From: an uncultured Bacteroidota bacterium
Lineage (GTDB): Bacteria > Bacteroidota > Bacteroidia > UKL13-3
NCBI GenBank assembly: GCA_903850915.1
Contig: CAINMV010000023.1
Span: 51,769-115,768, forward strand
Direction of reading: 5' to 3'
DNA: 64,000 nt
How positions within the stretch are numbered: the stretch's first letter is position 1; every line of letters starts with the position of its first letter. The position numbers and the translations under genes were made by a program. The notes under the pieces were generated by a model. That model worked only from the letters and a program-made list of their open reading frames with translations, did not search any database and was not told the origin of the DNA. Of this stretch, positions 1 to 11,300 are shown in pieces.

Positions 1-2
1 GA

Positions 3-761
3 TGAATTGGATGGGCCATTACTAGACTTTGAATACGCATAAAAATAGGCATCTTTACTTAACGAATACAAACTTAACAAATAATTGGGCATTCCAAAAT
101 AATAGCCAGAAGGCACTTTTAATATAAATGTTTTTCGCTTACCATTAAAAAGATTGTCAGTAAATAAAAACTCACCATTCATTAATCGAACTGCCAAGTT
201 TTGATTCAATGATTGATCTTCACTAGTAAATCCAGACAGGTAAATATACTCTTTGCGCGTATCATCCCAAAATTTCAGGCTCAATAAATAGTTATTCTCA
301 CCTAAAGGGTCATCAATAGTAAATGAAAGCTCCCCAAAATAATCGCCATTGCTATTTTGCAATGTCGAATCAAGGTAATACCAATCTGATATTTTAACTG
401 CCACCGGCAATACACTTTCCGTTTCGGCTAAAGGAAAGCCTGCGTTAGAAACCGTTACTTTATAGGTGTTACCAGGGATAGGAATAGTAGTGGCTGTATA
501 ATATCCATTGCCAGCAGAAGCCAATGTTTCAGCAAAAGCATTATTAATATATAATTTCACATCAGACGATGATAAATACTTGGGAATCAGCGTATCGTAA
601 ACATTAACTGAATTGGAAACCGAAATTTCAAAAGGCGTACCTTGTTCGAAGAGATTATTAACAACAAGTTTTGAAACGTAATTTGAATTATCAACCGTAA
701 AGGGTTTTTCGCAGGAAGCGAAAAATACAATGGTAAAGATTAGGATTAGCGATTTTTTCAT
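3..761 (-). CDS. DUF4249-family lipoprotein (3' end runs off the window)
   Basis: Not in the ORF track. Hand translation from ATG at 761 gives MKKSLILIFTIVFFASCEKPF...SKLVVN, with a lipobox FASC. It starts 4 nt after the stop of a TonB receptor, the usual pairing. Confidence 0.75.
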   Translation of the reverse strand, partial: MKKSLILIFTIVFFASCEKPFTVDNSNYVSKLVVNNLFEQGTPFEISVSNSVNVYDTLIPKYLSSSDVKLYINNAFAETLASAGNGYYTATTIPIPGNTYKVTVSNAGFPLAETESVLPVAVKISDWYYLDSTLQNSNGDYFGELSFTIDDPLGENNYLLSLKFWDDTRKEYIYLSGFTSEDQSLNQNLAVRLMNGEFLFTDNLFNGKRKTFILKVPSGYYFGMPNYLLSLYSLSKDAYFYAYSKSSNGPSNS

Positions 762-765
762 AGGA

Positions 766-3135
766 TTAAAATTTATAGTTAACACTTAATGCAGGAACCA
801 TAAATGGAATGAAACTGCGATAGTACGCTTGATATAAAGAGCCATTATAGCGTATTAATGCACCAGAAGGGTTAGCATTAAATAACACATTATAAAAAGA
901 AAAATCGTAACTAAAGTGTCTGGCATCTTCACTATGCGGAGTTTTACTGAATGAAAAGTCAACCCTCTTTGTACTAGGAAGCCTAACATTATTGCGACTT
1001 GGAAATTCCATAATTAACTGCCCATCCACATCATAATATTTACCCGTAGCCATGGTAAAAGGCTGTCCTGTTGCAAACACATACGTTAAGGCGAAATTCC
1101 ATTTCTTGTTTGGATTAAAGAGAACAACCAAAGTTATATTGTGACGGCGATCAAAATCGGTAGGGAAGTATTTGTTGAAATTAACGGTAGGAAATATTTG
1201 CATAGATTTCGATAAGGTATAACCAACCCATCCACTCCATTTCTCGTCAAATTTCTTTTGAAGCAACAATTCAAGACCAAAGCTATGTGACTTACCCTGT
1301 TCTACATTTTTTTCCCAATCGCTCAAAGAGATACTGAATATATCGGAAGCCGACTTTAGTGCATTAATATTATCTGAGTACTTATAATATCCTTCAGCAA
1401 TCAATTCAAATCCTTTTTTAAACGTATGACTGGAAGAAAAAACCACTTGCTGTGAGCGTTGAGGCTTAATATTTTTTGTAGAAGGTGCCCAATAATCCAA
1501 TGGCAGTCCAATATTAGTAACCAAGATACGTTGTATATATTGATGCACCATAGCGTAAGAGGCTTTCAATGTCCATCTTTTATTCACTACGAATCGTGCA
1601 GAAACCCGAGGCTCTGGATAAATAAACGCGGAGGAATCAACAAATAATGATGTTAAACGAAGGCCATAGTTTAATTTAATACGTTTTTTATAAACGATTT
1701 CATCTTCAATATACATAGCAATCTCATTGCTTTGAATCTCGCGTGAAGGCATTAAAGTGGTGTCAAATGGCGTAAATCCGGTTTGATAATACTTTAGATT
1801 TATAGTACTTGGCGTAAATTTGTGATTGATGTAATTCATTCCAAATTTAATGTTATGTTTGGAATTAGGAACATATTCAAAGTCGGCCTTAGCACCAAAA
1901 TCCCGAATGCCATTGTATAATTTAAAATCCAACTCCGTTGCCTCTTGCTGTGCAGTTGAATATGTAACGATATCTTGAGCATTAATATATACTGTTGTTT
2001 TATATCCTGTGTAATCAATCATAAAATTAGCGAATGTTTTATCGTTAAAAATGTGATTCCAACGAACTGTAGCTAATGTATTTCCCCATTTAAGTCCAGC
2101 CTTTAATGTGCTTTCTTCCGAGTAGCTAGCAACATTGAATTTCTGAGTCAATGCTGTATAAAGGTTGTCCATGCCTTTATAGAAGCTAAAGAAGACCCTA
2201 TCGTTTTGAGAAATGCGATGACTCAGCTTGAAATTAATATCATAAAAATAATAACCAAGGTCAGAACTTGTCGAGTCGTTATTAGATAGCTTTATGAGTG
2301 GGGCAATAAGTTTATCCAAATACGTGCGTCGAGCAGAAAACATAAAAGTTGTATTTCCTGATTTACTTAACGGACCTTCCAATAGCATTTTAGCAGAAAC
2401 CGTTCCTAATGAAAAAGATCCGGAAAACTTTTTCGAGTTACCTTCTTTCATAGAGATATCCAATACACTTGATAATCGTTCGCCAAAACGAGATGGAAAT
2501 CCTCCCTTGTAAAAAGACACATAATTAATGGCATCAGCATTAAATACAGAGAAGAAATTAAATGTATGGGAGACATTATATAACGGAGCGCCATCAAGCA
2601 AAATAAGATTTTGATCATTATTACCGCCGCGCACATATAAACCCGTTCCGGCTTCACTGCCTTTTTGCACCCCAGGTTGAAGTTGAATAACTTTTATTAC
2701 GTCGGGCTCTCCTAAAATTGCTGGGACACGTTTGATACGTGTTCCACTTAATTCTATTTTGCTAACCTGAGGATTATCCAATGTTTCATTCTTACGTTCT
2801 GCAATTATCATTACTTCATCCAATTGATTGTTTTCCGCTAATTGAACGTTTAGTGATAATTTAGGCGTTAATTTGATTTTAAACGCTTGTGTTTTATATC
2901 CTACATACGAAAAGTACAGATCAACGCTATCTCTTTTAGAAACAAATGTTAAAGTATAGAAACCATAATTGTTGGAAACCGTACCCGTTTTCTTGTCGAA
3001 AGAATAAACACTAACACCGATAAGGGCTTCTCCAGTTCTCGAATCCGTAATATAACCACTTATCGTATGATCCGCTTTTACCGTAAAGGCCAGGATGAGT
3101 ATAAAAAAAGAAAGAATAACTTGTTTAAATAGCAT
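766..3135 (-). CDS. TonB-dependent receptor with N-terminal carboxypeptidase-regulatory-like domain
   Basis: Signal peptide; ISGYITD..TGE.LIG domain; plug GEPDVIKVIQLQPGV, YVRGG, DQNLILLDG; C-terminal YKF. Confidence 0.93.
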   Translation of the reverse strand: MLFKQVILSFFILILAFTVKADHTISGYITDSRTGEALIGVSVYSFDKKTGTVSNNYGFYTLTFVSKRDSVDLYFSYVGYKTQAFKIKLTPKLSLNVQLAENNQLDEVMIIAERKNETLDNPQVSKIELSGTRIKRVPAILGEPDVIKVIQLQPGVQKGSEAGTGLYVRGGNNDQNLILLDGAPLYNVSHTFNFFSVFNADAINYVSFYKGGFPSRFGERLSSVLDISMKEGNSKKFSGSFSLGTVSAKMLLEGPLSKSGNTTFMFSARRTYLDKLIAPLIKLSNNDSTSSDLGYYFYDINFKLSHRISQNDRVFFSFYKGMDNLYTALTQKFNVASYSEESTLKAGLKWGNTLATVRWNHIFNDKTFANFMIDYTGYKTTVYINAQDIVTYSTAQQEATELDFKLYNGIRDFGAKADFEYVPNSKHNIKFGMNYINHKFTPSTINLKYYQTGFTPFDTTLMPSREIQSNEIAMYIEDEIVYKKRIKLNYGLRLTSLFVDSSAFIYPEPRVSARFVVNKRWTLKASYAMVHQYIQRILVTNIGLPLDYWAPSTKNIKPQRSQQVVFSSSHTFKKGFELIAEGYYKYSDNINALKSASDIFSISLSDWEKNVEQGKSHSFGLELLLQKKFDEKWSGWVGYTLSKSMQIFPTVNFNKYFPTDFDRRHNITLVVLFNPNKKWNFALTYVFATGQPFTMATGKYYDVDGQLIMEFPSRNNVRLPSTKRVDFSFSKTPHSEDARHFSYDFSFYNVLFNANPSGALIRYNGSLYQAYYRSFIPFMVPALSVNYKF

Positions 3136-3171
3136 AAAGAAATGGAAAAAAGTACTACGAAATTAATTTTA

Positions 3172-3179
3172 CAAAGTTA
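3172..3179 (-). promoter_or_regulatory. Bacteroidota -7 promoter element (TAACTTTG) for the TonB receptor
   Basis: Matches TAnnTTTG, 36 nt upstream of the ATG. Confidence 0.55.
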
Positions 3180-3510
3180 CATTAAAACTCAGACAACTTC
3201 TAGCGTTAGAAGGTTTGATAAAAATTGTGTTTATCCTTGGCATTAACATTCTATTAAGAAACTAAGGACATGACGATACGTTGATTTAAAGAAAGTAAAG
3301 ATAATCCTTTGTAAACTGTGATTTAATAATCCTAAAAATGATTTTATTTAGCCTTTTAAACTCATTTTAATTAATTAAAGCACCAAATTTAATTGTCGAA
3401 AAGACTACAAAATAAACTAGGGGATTGATATGATTGTGATGGAAAACCACATAACAATCTAATAATAAAGATATTGAGTCAAGTAAAAAAAAGGAGTTGG
3501 AAAACCTGTA

Positions 3511-3540
3511 AAACAAAAAAGAGGGAACAAGTCCCTCTTT
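3511..3540 (-). terminator. Intrinsic terminator for the candidate sRNA and/or glnA
   Basis: AAAGAGGGA-CUUGU-UCCCUCUUU followed by further U residues on the minus strand. Confidence 0.8.
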
Positions 3541-3590
3541 AATGAATAAAAACTTATGAAAAAAACAGTGTTAAGCTTACGCTTAACGAT
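3511..3590 (-). ncRNA. Candidate small RNA downstream of glnA
   Basis: TACATTTG at 3599-3592; hairpin GUUAAGC-GUAA-GCUUAAC; U-rich linker UUUUUUUCAUAAGUUUUU; intrinsic terminator. Confidence 0.6.
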
Positions 3591-3673
3591 ACAAATGTAC
3601 AATTAAATTATAAAAGAGAAAAAAAATATTGCATTTTTAATAAAAATCTAATATAAGCTGTCGTATATTTAAA

Positions 3674-5848
3674 TTAACGAATAAACAACATTTCTCTGTA
3701 TTTAGGCAACTGCCAATAGTTGTCGGCAACAATAAATTCCAACTTATCTACCTCCTCACGAATCGAATCAAAATAAGGCTTTACCTTGTCGCAATATGTC
3801 ACAGCTTTGCGATGGGTGTCAACCATTTTATTGGCCTTCATACGTTCTATAATCATCTTATCCACCTGAGTTTTTATGGACGTGACTCTGTCGTTGATTT
3901 CGTTAATAATTGCCATTTGAGATGTCATTTTACCCTTTGGAATCCCGATAGATTTCATACCTGCAACACTATCAATAAGCACTTTTTGATATTGCAAAGC
4001 AGCTGGAATAATGCTACTATATACCATTTCACCCATAATACGGGCCTCTATTTGTACCTTTTTAATATATGTTTCTAACATAATTTCATGACGTGCATGC
4101 AATTCGCGTTTATTAAAAACATTGTTGTCAATAAACATTTTTTCAGATTTTAAAGAAACATAAGCATCTAAAGCTTTTGGTGTTGTTTTTATATTACTCA
4201 ACCCTCTTTTAGCAGCCTCCTTTACCCATTCGTCGCTATAGCCATTGCCTTCAAAAATAATATTCTTAGATTTTTTTATGTAACTGCGCAAAACTTCAAC
4301 AATGGCTACCTCTTTCTCCTTACCTTTCCCTATTGTAGCATCTACATCCACTTTAAATTGTTTTAACGTTTCTGCAACTATAGTGTTCAACACCGTCATG
4401 GCATTGGCTGAGTTGGCGCTAGAACCCACCGCCCTGAATTCAAATTTATTACCTGTGAAGGCAAATGGTGACGTACGATTTCTATCCGTGTTATCTAATA
4501 AAATTTCAGGAATTTTATCAATTTTAATACTTCCTATGCTTCGCGCACCACTATCTGAAGTGCTTTTTTCTAAATCGTTTAGAACATGATGTAATTGCGT
4601 ACCAACAAAAACGCTCATAATTGCTGGTGGAGCCTCGTTGGCACCCAAACGAAAGTCGTTGGCGGCACTTGCAATACTTGCTCTTAACAAATCAGCATGA
4701 TCGTGAACTGCCTTAATTACATTCACAAAAATAGTAAGGAACAAAAGATTACTTTGTGGTGTTGCACCAGGCGACAATAAATTGATTCCTGTGTTAGTGA
4801 TTAAACTCCAGTTATTGTGCTTGCCGCTGCCATTAATACCAGCGAAAGGTTTTTCATGTAAAAGCACTTTCAATTTGTGTTTACGGCTGATTTTATCCAT
4901 CAAATCCATAAGCAACTGATTGTGATCCACCGCCAAATTAATTTCTTCAAACATTGGAGCACATTCGTATTGTGCCGGGGCCACTTCGTTATGTCGCGTT
5001 TTTAGTGGAATACCTAACTTAATAGCCTCTTGTTCAAAATCTACCATAAAGCTATGAATACGCTCTGGGATAGCACCGAAATAATGATCATCTAATTGTT
5101 GTCCTTTGGCTGGTGCTGCACCAAAGAGGGTTCTTCCACTTAGCATTAAATCTGGTCGGGCATTAAAGAAAGCCTCATCAATCAAGAAATATTCTTGTTC
5201 AATACCTAGGGAACTCCAGGTTTTTGTGATTTTCTTATCAAAATATTGGCAAACGGCTACAGTTGCCTTATCAACGGCATTTAGTGCCTTAAGTAAGGGT
5301 GTTTTATAATCGAGCGCTTCGCCAGTATACGATACGAATACGGTTGGAATACAGAGTGTATTGCCACTTTCGTATTCCATAATAAATGCAGGAGACGATG
5401 GATCCCAGGCTGTATATCCGCGGGCTTCGAATGTATTTCTGATACCTCCACTTGGAAAAGAGGAAGCGTCGGGCTCTTGCTGCACAAGTGCCTTACCCGT
5501 AAAGATTTCAATTGCATTGCCATTTAAATCTGGCTCAAAAAAAGCATCATGCTTTTCCGCGGTGGTTCCTGTAAGTGGTTGAAACCAATGGGTATAATGC
5601 GTCACATTCTTACTTAAAGCCCATTGCTTCATCCCTTCAGCTACATCGTTGGCCAAATTACGATCGATTGGCATGGATTTATCAATCGCATTCTTTATAG
5701 CCTTAAATGCTGCGGGCGAACAGAACTTTTTAATCGCTGCATGATTAAAAACATTAGAAGCATAATAAACAGTAACCTTATCTTTTGGTTTTGTTACTGA
5801 TACAGGCTCGCGGCTCTGAATTGTAGAAATAATGGTAGAACGTGACAT
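3674..5848 (-). CDS. glnA: Glutamine synthetase type III
   Basis: THYTHWFQPLTG.TAEKHD, EPDASSFPSGG, HEKPFAGINGSGKHNNW, DRNRTSPFAFTGNKFEFR. Start placed at ATG 5848 because a -7 element TAATTTTG (5892-5885) lies inside the longer ORF. Confidence 0.96.
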   Translation of the reverse strand: MSRSTIISTIQSREPVSVTKPKDKVTVYYASNVFNHAAIKKFCSPAAFKAIKNAIDKSMPIDRNLANDVAEGMKQWALSKNVTHYTHWFQPLTGTTAEKHDAFFEPDLNGNAIEIFTGKALVQQEPDASSFPSGGIRNTFEARGYTAWDPSSPAFIMEYESGNTLCIPTVFVSYTGEALDYKTPLLKALNAVDKATVAVCQYFDKKITKTWSSLGIEQEYFLIDEAFFNARPDLMLSGRTLFGAAPAKGQQLDDHYFGAIPERIHSFMVDFEQEAIKLGIPLKTRHNEVAPAQYECAPMFEEINLAVDHNQLLMDLMDKISRKHKLKVLLHEKPFAGINGSGKHNNWSLITNTGINLLSPGATPQSNLLFLTIFVNVIKAVHDHADLLRASIASAANDFRLGANEAPPAIMSVFVGTQLHHVLNDLEKSTSDSGARSIGSIKIDKIPEILLDNTDRNRTSPFAFTGNKFEFRAVGSSANSANAMTVLNTIVAETLKQFKVDVDATIGKGKEKEVAIVEVLRSYIKKSKNIIFEGNGYSDEWVKEAAKRGLSNIKTTPKALDAYVSLKSEKMFIDNNVFNKRELHARHEIMLETYIKKVQIEARIMGEMVYSSIIPAALQYQKVLIDSVAGMKSIGIPKGKMTSQMAIINEINDRVTSIKTQVDKMIIERMKANKMVDTHRKAVTYCDKVKPYFDSIREEVDKLEFIVADNYWQLPKYREMLFIR

Positions 5849-5984
5849 TTTTTTGAAATGAAAATGGGTTGAGTTTTCTGAGCACAAAATTATTTTTAAA
5901 ATTGACAATAAACATCAATTAAAATCAACAAAAACAAAAAGCAATGTGGAAAAACCTTGAAAATGTTATTATTGTACCCTCTAT

Positions 5985-7085
5985 ATGGAAAAAATTTGCC
6001 ACATTACGTTAAGCCAACCGGCTTTTAACACCCGTATTTTATTAAAAGAATGCTTCACCTTAAAATCGACCTATTCAATAGTAATTTTAGCCGGTAATAC
6101 TGAAAATAAAACAATCAATGGCATTGAAATTATTGGTTTTAAATGGAAAAACAAGCCTTCGCTACGAATGTTTTGGACCCTATGGCGACTCGCCATAAAG
6201 CACAAATCTGCTTTATATCACATACATGAAGCAGCTTTGCTTCCGTTGGCCTGGCTGTTAAAGTTCTCCGGCAAAAAAATCATTTATGATGTAAATGAGA
6301 TTCCAACCCATTTAATCCCTTCAATCACGCAAGCTTCGCCTCGCCATTCGAAAGCCAACTATCTAAACCACTGGGCCGCAAAAAATACAGCCCTTTTATT
6401 ATCTCAGCGCAGTTACATATCATTATACCAAGGTGTAAGTAAAAATATGTGTGTGGTTGAAAACTATGCTGACCTAGAACTAATGTCACCTTATCAGGTT
6501 ATCGACCGTTCTGCTTGCAATGGCATGGTTTATATTGGCCAAGTTTCAAGTAAAAAAGGTGTCTTGGTTATGCTGGAAGTGTTAAACAATTTAATTTGTC
6601 GTGGACATCAAATTTCGTTAGCAGTAATTGGTGAGATGGTCGAACCAGGTTTAAAACAAAAAATAGCGTCGCTTCCTTTTTACGGAAAAATCAAAAAACA
6701 CCTTCAATTTCACAACCAACTTGAACTTACAGAGAGTTATAAAATTGCGAAAGCGGGATTTGTAGGCTTGTGTTTAACAGATGAACTTATAGAAACCCAA
6801 GAAATTTATCCGACTAATATTTTCGAATATATGAGCGTAGGGTTGCCTGTGGTAGCAAGTAACATCAGCATTTATAGAGCGGTAATTGAAAGAAGGGAAT
6901 GCGGCATTGTAGCCCCATTTTCTGATATTGACGCAATTTCAGATTCGATAGAGAAAATTTATCAAGACAAAGAGCTACAGAAACTCTTTTCTGCTAACGG
7001 CCCTAAGGCAGTTTCATTAAATTACAATTGGGCTCACGAAAAAAATATTTTACTGGACTTTTACAGAAACAATCTTCGAAGTTAA
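5985..7085 (+). CDS. Glycosyltransferase family 4 (GT-B fold), diverged
   Basis: YHIH, KIIYD, MVYIG, FEYMSVGLPVVASN and YNW motifs. Confidence 0.85.
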   Translation: MEKICHITLSQPAFNTRILLKECFTLKSTYSIVILAGNTENKTINGIEIIGFKWKNKPSLRMFWTLWRLAIKHKSALYHIHEAALLPLAWLLKFSGKKIIYDVNEIPTHLIPSITQASPRHSKANYLNHWAAKNTALLLSQRSYISLYQGVSKNMCVVENYADLELMSPYQVIDRSACNGMVYIGQVSSKKGVLVMLEVLNNLICRGHQISLAVIGEMVEPGLKQKIASLPFYGKIKKHLQFHNQLELTESYKIAKAGFVGLCLTDELIETQEIYPTNIFEYMSVGLPVVASNISIYRAVIERRECGIVAPFSDIDAISDSIEKIYQDKELQKLFSANGPKAVSLNYNWAHEKNILLDFYRNNLRS

Positions 7086-8017
7086 GAAGTTGGTCCTGGC
7101 TGGCTAGCTAAAAGGTACAAAACTGCCATGCGAATTGCTACACCATTTTCTACTTGTTGCAAAATAATACTTTGATTACTGTCGGCCACCTCACTTGTAA
7201 TTTCTACACCCCGATTTATTGGGCCTGGATGAAGAATTGTAATTTCTTTCGATAGACTATGAAGCGTTTTTAAATCGAGACCAAACATCAGGCTATATTC
7301 TCTAAGGCTAGGAAAAAATTTGATATCCTGGCGCTCAAGCTGTATTCGAAGCATATTGGCAACATCACACCATTCGAGGGCCTTTTTAAGATTATGCTCT
7401 ACTTTAACACCTAAGGTATGATAATACTTTGGAATCAACGTTGTAGGACCACATACCATAACTTCAGCACCTAGTTTTTGCAAACAAAAAACATTACTTA
7501 GCGCCACTCGGGAATGCAAAATATCGCCTACAATAACAATCCGCTTTCCTTTTACATCGCCATATTTTTCGCGGATGGAATAGGCATCAAGTAAGGCTTG
7601 CGTTGGGTGTTCGTGGGTTCCATCACCAGCATTTATAATATTTGCATCGATATGACGTGAAAGAAAAATTCCGGCACCAGGCATAGGATGGCGCATAACT
7701 ACCATATCTACCTTCATACTTAGAATATTATTCACCGTATCAATTAATGTTTCACCTTTAGAAACACTACTACTCGAAGATGCAAAATTTACCGTATCGG
7801 CACTTAATCTTTTTTCGGCAAGTTCAAACGATAATTTGGTACGTGTAGAATTTTCAAAAAACAAATTCGCGATGGTAATATCACGCAGGGATGGAACCTT
7901 CTTTATTTTCCGATTTATAACTTGTTTAAAATTGTCTGCAGTAGTAAAAATTAAATCAATATCCTCATTGGTGATATATTTAATTCCTAATAAGTGTTTG
8001 ACACTAAGTTGAGACAT
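7082..8017 (-). CDS. pyrB: Aspartate carbamoyltransferase catalytic subunit
   Basis: FFENSTRT, HPTQALLD, GDILHSRV, HPGP; TATCTTTG element at 8050-8043. Confidence 0.97.
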   Translation of the reverse strand: MSQLSVKHLLGIKYITNEDIDLIFTTADNFKQVINRKIKKVPSLRDITIANLFFENSTRTKLSFELAEKRLSADTVNFASSSSSVSKGETLIDTVNNILSMKVDMVVMRHPMPGAGIFLSRHIDANIINAGDGTHEHPTQALLDAYSIREKYGDVKGKRIVIVGDILHSRVALSNVFCLQKLGAEVMVCGPTTLIPKYYHTLGVKVEHNLKKALEWCDVANMLRIQLERQDIKFFPSLREYSLMFGLDLKTLHSLSKEITILHPGPINRGVEITSEVADSNQSIILQQVENGVAIRMAVLYLLASQPGPTS

Positions 8018-8391
8018 TGATTCTGAATGGTTATTCAGAGGACAAAGATAAGATTATAATTGACAAATTAGTGATTGTCAAACTATGGCAATGGAATTAT
8101 TCCTCACGGCTTTTAAAAACCCGACTTTCTATTTGCGATTGAAAAACACATCTAAAGTTAATTTATGTTGTAAAATGGTTTTGTAAAAATCCACACCATG
8201 ACTTAAAATTAACTTGGTTACTTCAAAAAAAAAGTATTAATTCGCCGTATAAAAAATAAGCAAACCTTCGCCTATCGCGTCAATTTTACGTCATAAAATT
8301 CAAATTGAAACAATAAAATAATAAATATGCGTTAAAGCGACCATTCGCTAAGAGAAGCAAAAAGATTATTTTAAAAACATTACATCATCGC

Positions 8392-11300
8392 ATGAATTTG
8401 AAACGTAAAGCATTATCTTTAATTGTTTTAATGACCTTGGCTTTTTCTTTAAAAGCCAATAATATCAAAGGAATTCATAGAATTACTATTGGAATCCACG
8501 TTGATTCTCCGGCAGTAGATTCAAATAAAATCTACAAAACCAACATCAAGTTAAAGTCGCCTAAAAACCTTACGACCACAACAGAATTAGATACATTAAG
8601 CGGTGGATTTGTTAGCAGAACACGCTTAGGTTCCAACCCTATTGGCCCTCCTCGTTTCTTAACCTTGGATGAATACCTAGATGAAAGCAGAAAACAAGGC
8701 GTTAACGATTATTTCAAAAAAAGATCCTTACAAGACGAATTCGTAAAAGGTGGTGGATTGCTTCCTTCGTTAAATTTGCCTCCTAACCCCATCACTAGTT
8801 GGCTTGGAGGAACAGTAGATTTGCATCCACAAGGCAGTGCCGAACTTATTTTTGGAATTAACAGCAACAAAATAAACAATCCAGCACTAAGTCCTAAACA
8901 ACGTCATGTAACGCAGTTTGACTTTGACCAAAACATCCAATTAAATCTTACTGGAAACATTGGTGATAAAATTAAGATTAACGCCATCAACGATACCAAA
9001 GCTATTTTCGATTTTGACAATATCTTCAAATTAGATTACAACGGTAAAGAAGATGAGATTATTAAAAAAATTGAACTAGGTAATGTTGGGCTTCCTCTAA
9101 ACAGTAATCTAATCAACCCAGGGCAATCACTTTTTGGTGTAAAGTTAGCGTTGCAATTTGGCAGACTTAATGTAACAACGATTGTCACCCAAAACAAAGG
9201 GAAGTCCACCACCACTGAATTTACTGGTGGAGCACAAACCACCAATTTCGATATCACCGCAGACAATTACGATGCCAACCGCCATTATTTCTTGGGTCAG
9301 TTTTTTAGAGAACATTATGACCAATGGCTCAATCGAATTCCGTTGGTGAACTCGGCAGTACAAATTAACAGAGTAGAAGTATGGATTACCAATAGAAGTT
9401 CGACCTATTCTGAGGCCCGCGATGTGCTTGCCTTTACAGACTTGGGAGAAGGCAATCCGTTCAATCCAACAAATATAACCTCTAAAAGCTACAAAGCCAC
9501 TGATAACTATAATAACAATCTTTACAGTAAAATTTATAACGATAAGAATTTACGTAATTCGAATAACGTTATTAATCAACTTAGTAGCGCTTATACCGAT
9601 ATGGTTTCAGGAGTTGACTATCAACTCCAGACTTATTCGAAACGACTAACAGAACAGGAATATACCTTAAACTCAAAGTTAGGATACATCTCTTTAAATT
9701 CCCCATTAAACAATGGAGAAGTATTGGCTGTAGCTTACGAATACACCTATAATGGCCAAGTTTTTAAAGTAGGTGAATTTAGTACAGAACTTCAGAACGA
9801 CTCTAACTCAAACAAGGTGCTTTTTGTTAAATTACTGAAAGGGTTCAACGTTCGTCCAGATTTACCGACATGGAAGTTGATGATGAAAAATATCTATTCC
9901 TTGAATGCATATTCGGTGCAACAAAAAGACTTTAAACTCAATATCATTTATAAAGATGAAGCCACTGGAACAGAATTCAACTTCATCCCTGCCAAGTCGG
10001 AAGAAGCTGTTTATCAAATCCCTTTAATAAAAGTACTCAATCTTGATAACGTAAATTCACAGCAAGACAATGTAAGTGACGGTGTTTTTGACTTTATTGA
10101 AGGAGTGACCATATTATCTTCCAATGGTCGAATTATTTTTCCATGCCTTGAGCCCTTCGGAAGTTATCTTTCCACAACTAAAAAAATTCTAGACCCGGTT
10201 ACCTTAAAGACGTATTCATTTCAAAGCCTATACGATTCCACCAAATTTGCTGCACAACAAGATGCGCGTCACAATCGTTTTTATTTGAGAGGAAGCTATC
10301 AGGGAAGTGCTAGCAATGAGATCTCGTTAAATGCATTCAACATTCCAAAAGGATCGGTAAAAGTTACCGCGGGCGGAGCTCCATTGCGAGAGGGAGTGGA
10401 CTATAGTGTAGATTACCTTATTGGAAAAGTGAAAATTATAAACCTAAGTTTACTGCAATCTGGTGCAGTAATTAAAGTAGTAGCAGATAATAATAATCTT
10501 TTTAATACTCAACAAAAAAGTTTAATTGGAACGCGATTAGATTATAAAATCAGCAAAGACTTTGTGGTTGGAAGCACCTTCCTTAAGTTAACAGAACGCC
10601 CACTAACCCAAAATGTATCGGCTGGAGACGAGCCATTAGCAAATACAATTATTGGAGTTGATGGAACCTTTAAATCTGACTCTCGTTTTATTACAAAATT
10701 AATTGATAAAATTCCCTTTATTCAAACCAAGGAGATATCAAGTGTGACCTTAGCCGCAGAATATGCCAAAATAATTCCAGGAGTGCCTCGGTCGTTAGAC
10801 AAAACCAAAAAAGGATTTTCATATATCGACGACTTTCAAGGTGCAGAAGCGCCATACGATTTGCGTACACCAAATGCTTGGTATACCGCAAGCACACCGC
10901 AAGGAAACCCAACAGAATTCCCAACTGGCGGCAGTCATGGACTAGAAAATAGATTTAATACTGCACGATTGTCATGGTATTTTGTTGATCAATTTACCTT
11001 CTTTGGAGGTACCCCGCCATCAAATATTTCCAATGCCGTTCTCGATGATCCTTACCAACGCTTAATTTTACAGAAAGAGGTTTATCCAGACAAACAATTG
11101 GCACAAACCACGGCAACCAACCTACAAAGTTTAGATATTGCCTTTAACCCCAACCGCCGTGGTGCTTATAATTTTAATGTTGATGGACTTAATAGTGATG
11201 GAACTTTAAAAAACCCAAAGAATAATTGGGGTGGCATCATGCGAAAAATTGAAACCAACGATTTTGAAGCAGCCAACATAGACTATATCAGTGTGTGGGT

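Noticed and set aside
3556-3606. Plus-strand ORF MKKTVLSLRLTIQMYN
   Set aside because: Only 16 codons. The GNRA loop, U-tract and promoter orientation all favour a minus-strand RNA.
5849-5908. N-terminal extension of glnA in the ORF track (similar cases at 16368, 28388, 37110, 46889, 48906, 49679, 59221)
   Set aside because: The extensions cross promoter elements or neighbouring genes, or precede a clear signal peptide or family N-terminus.
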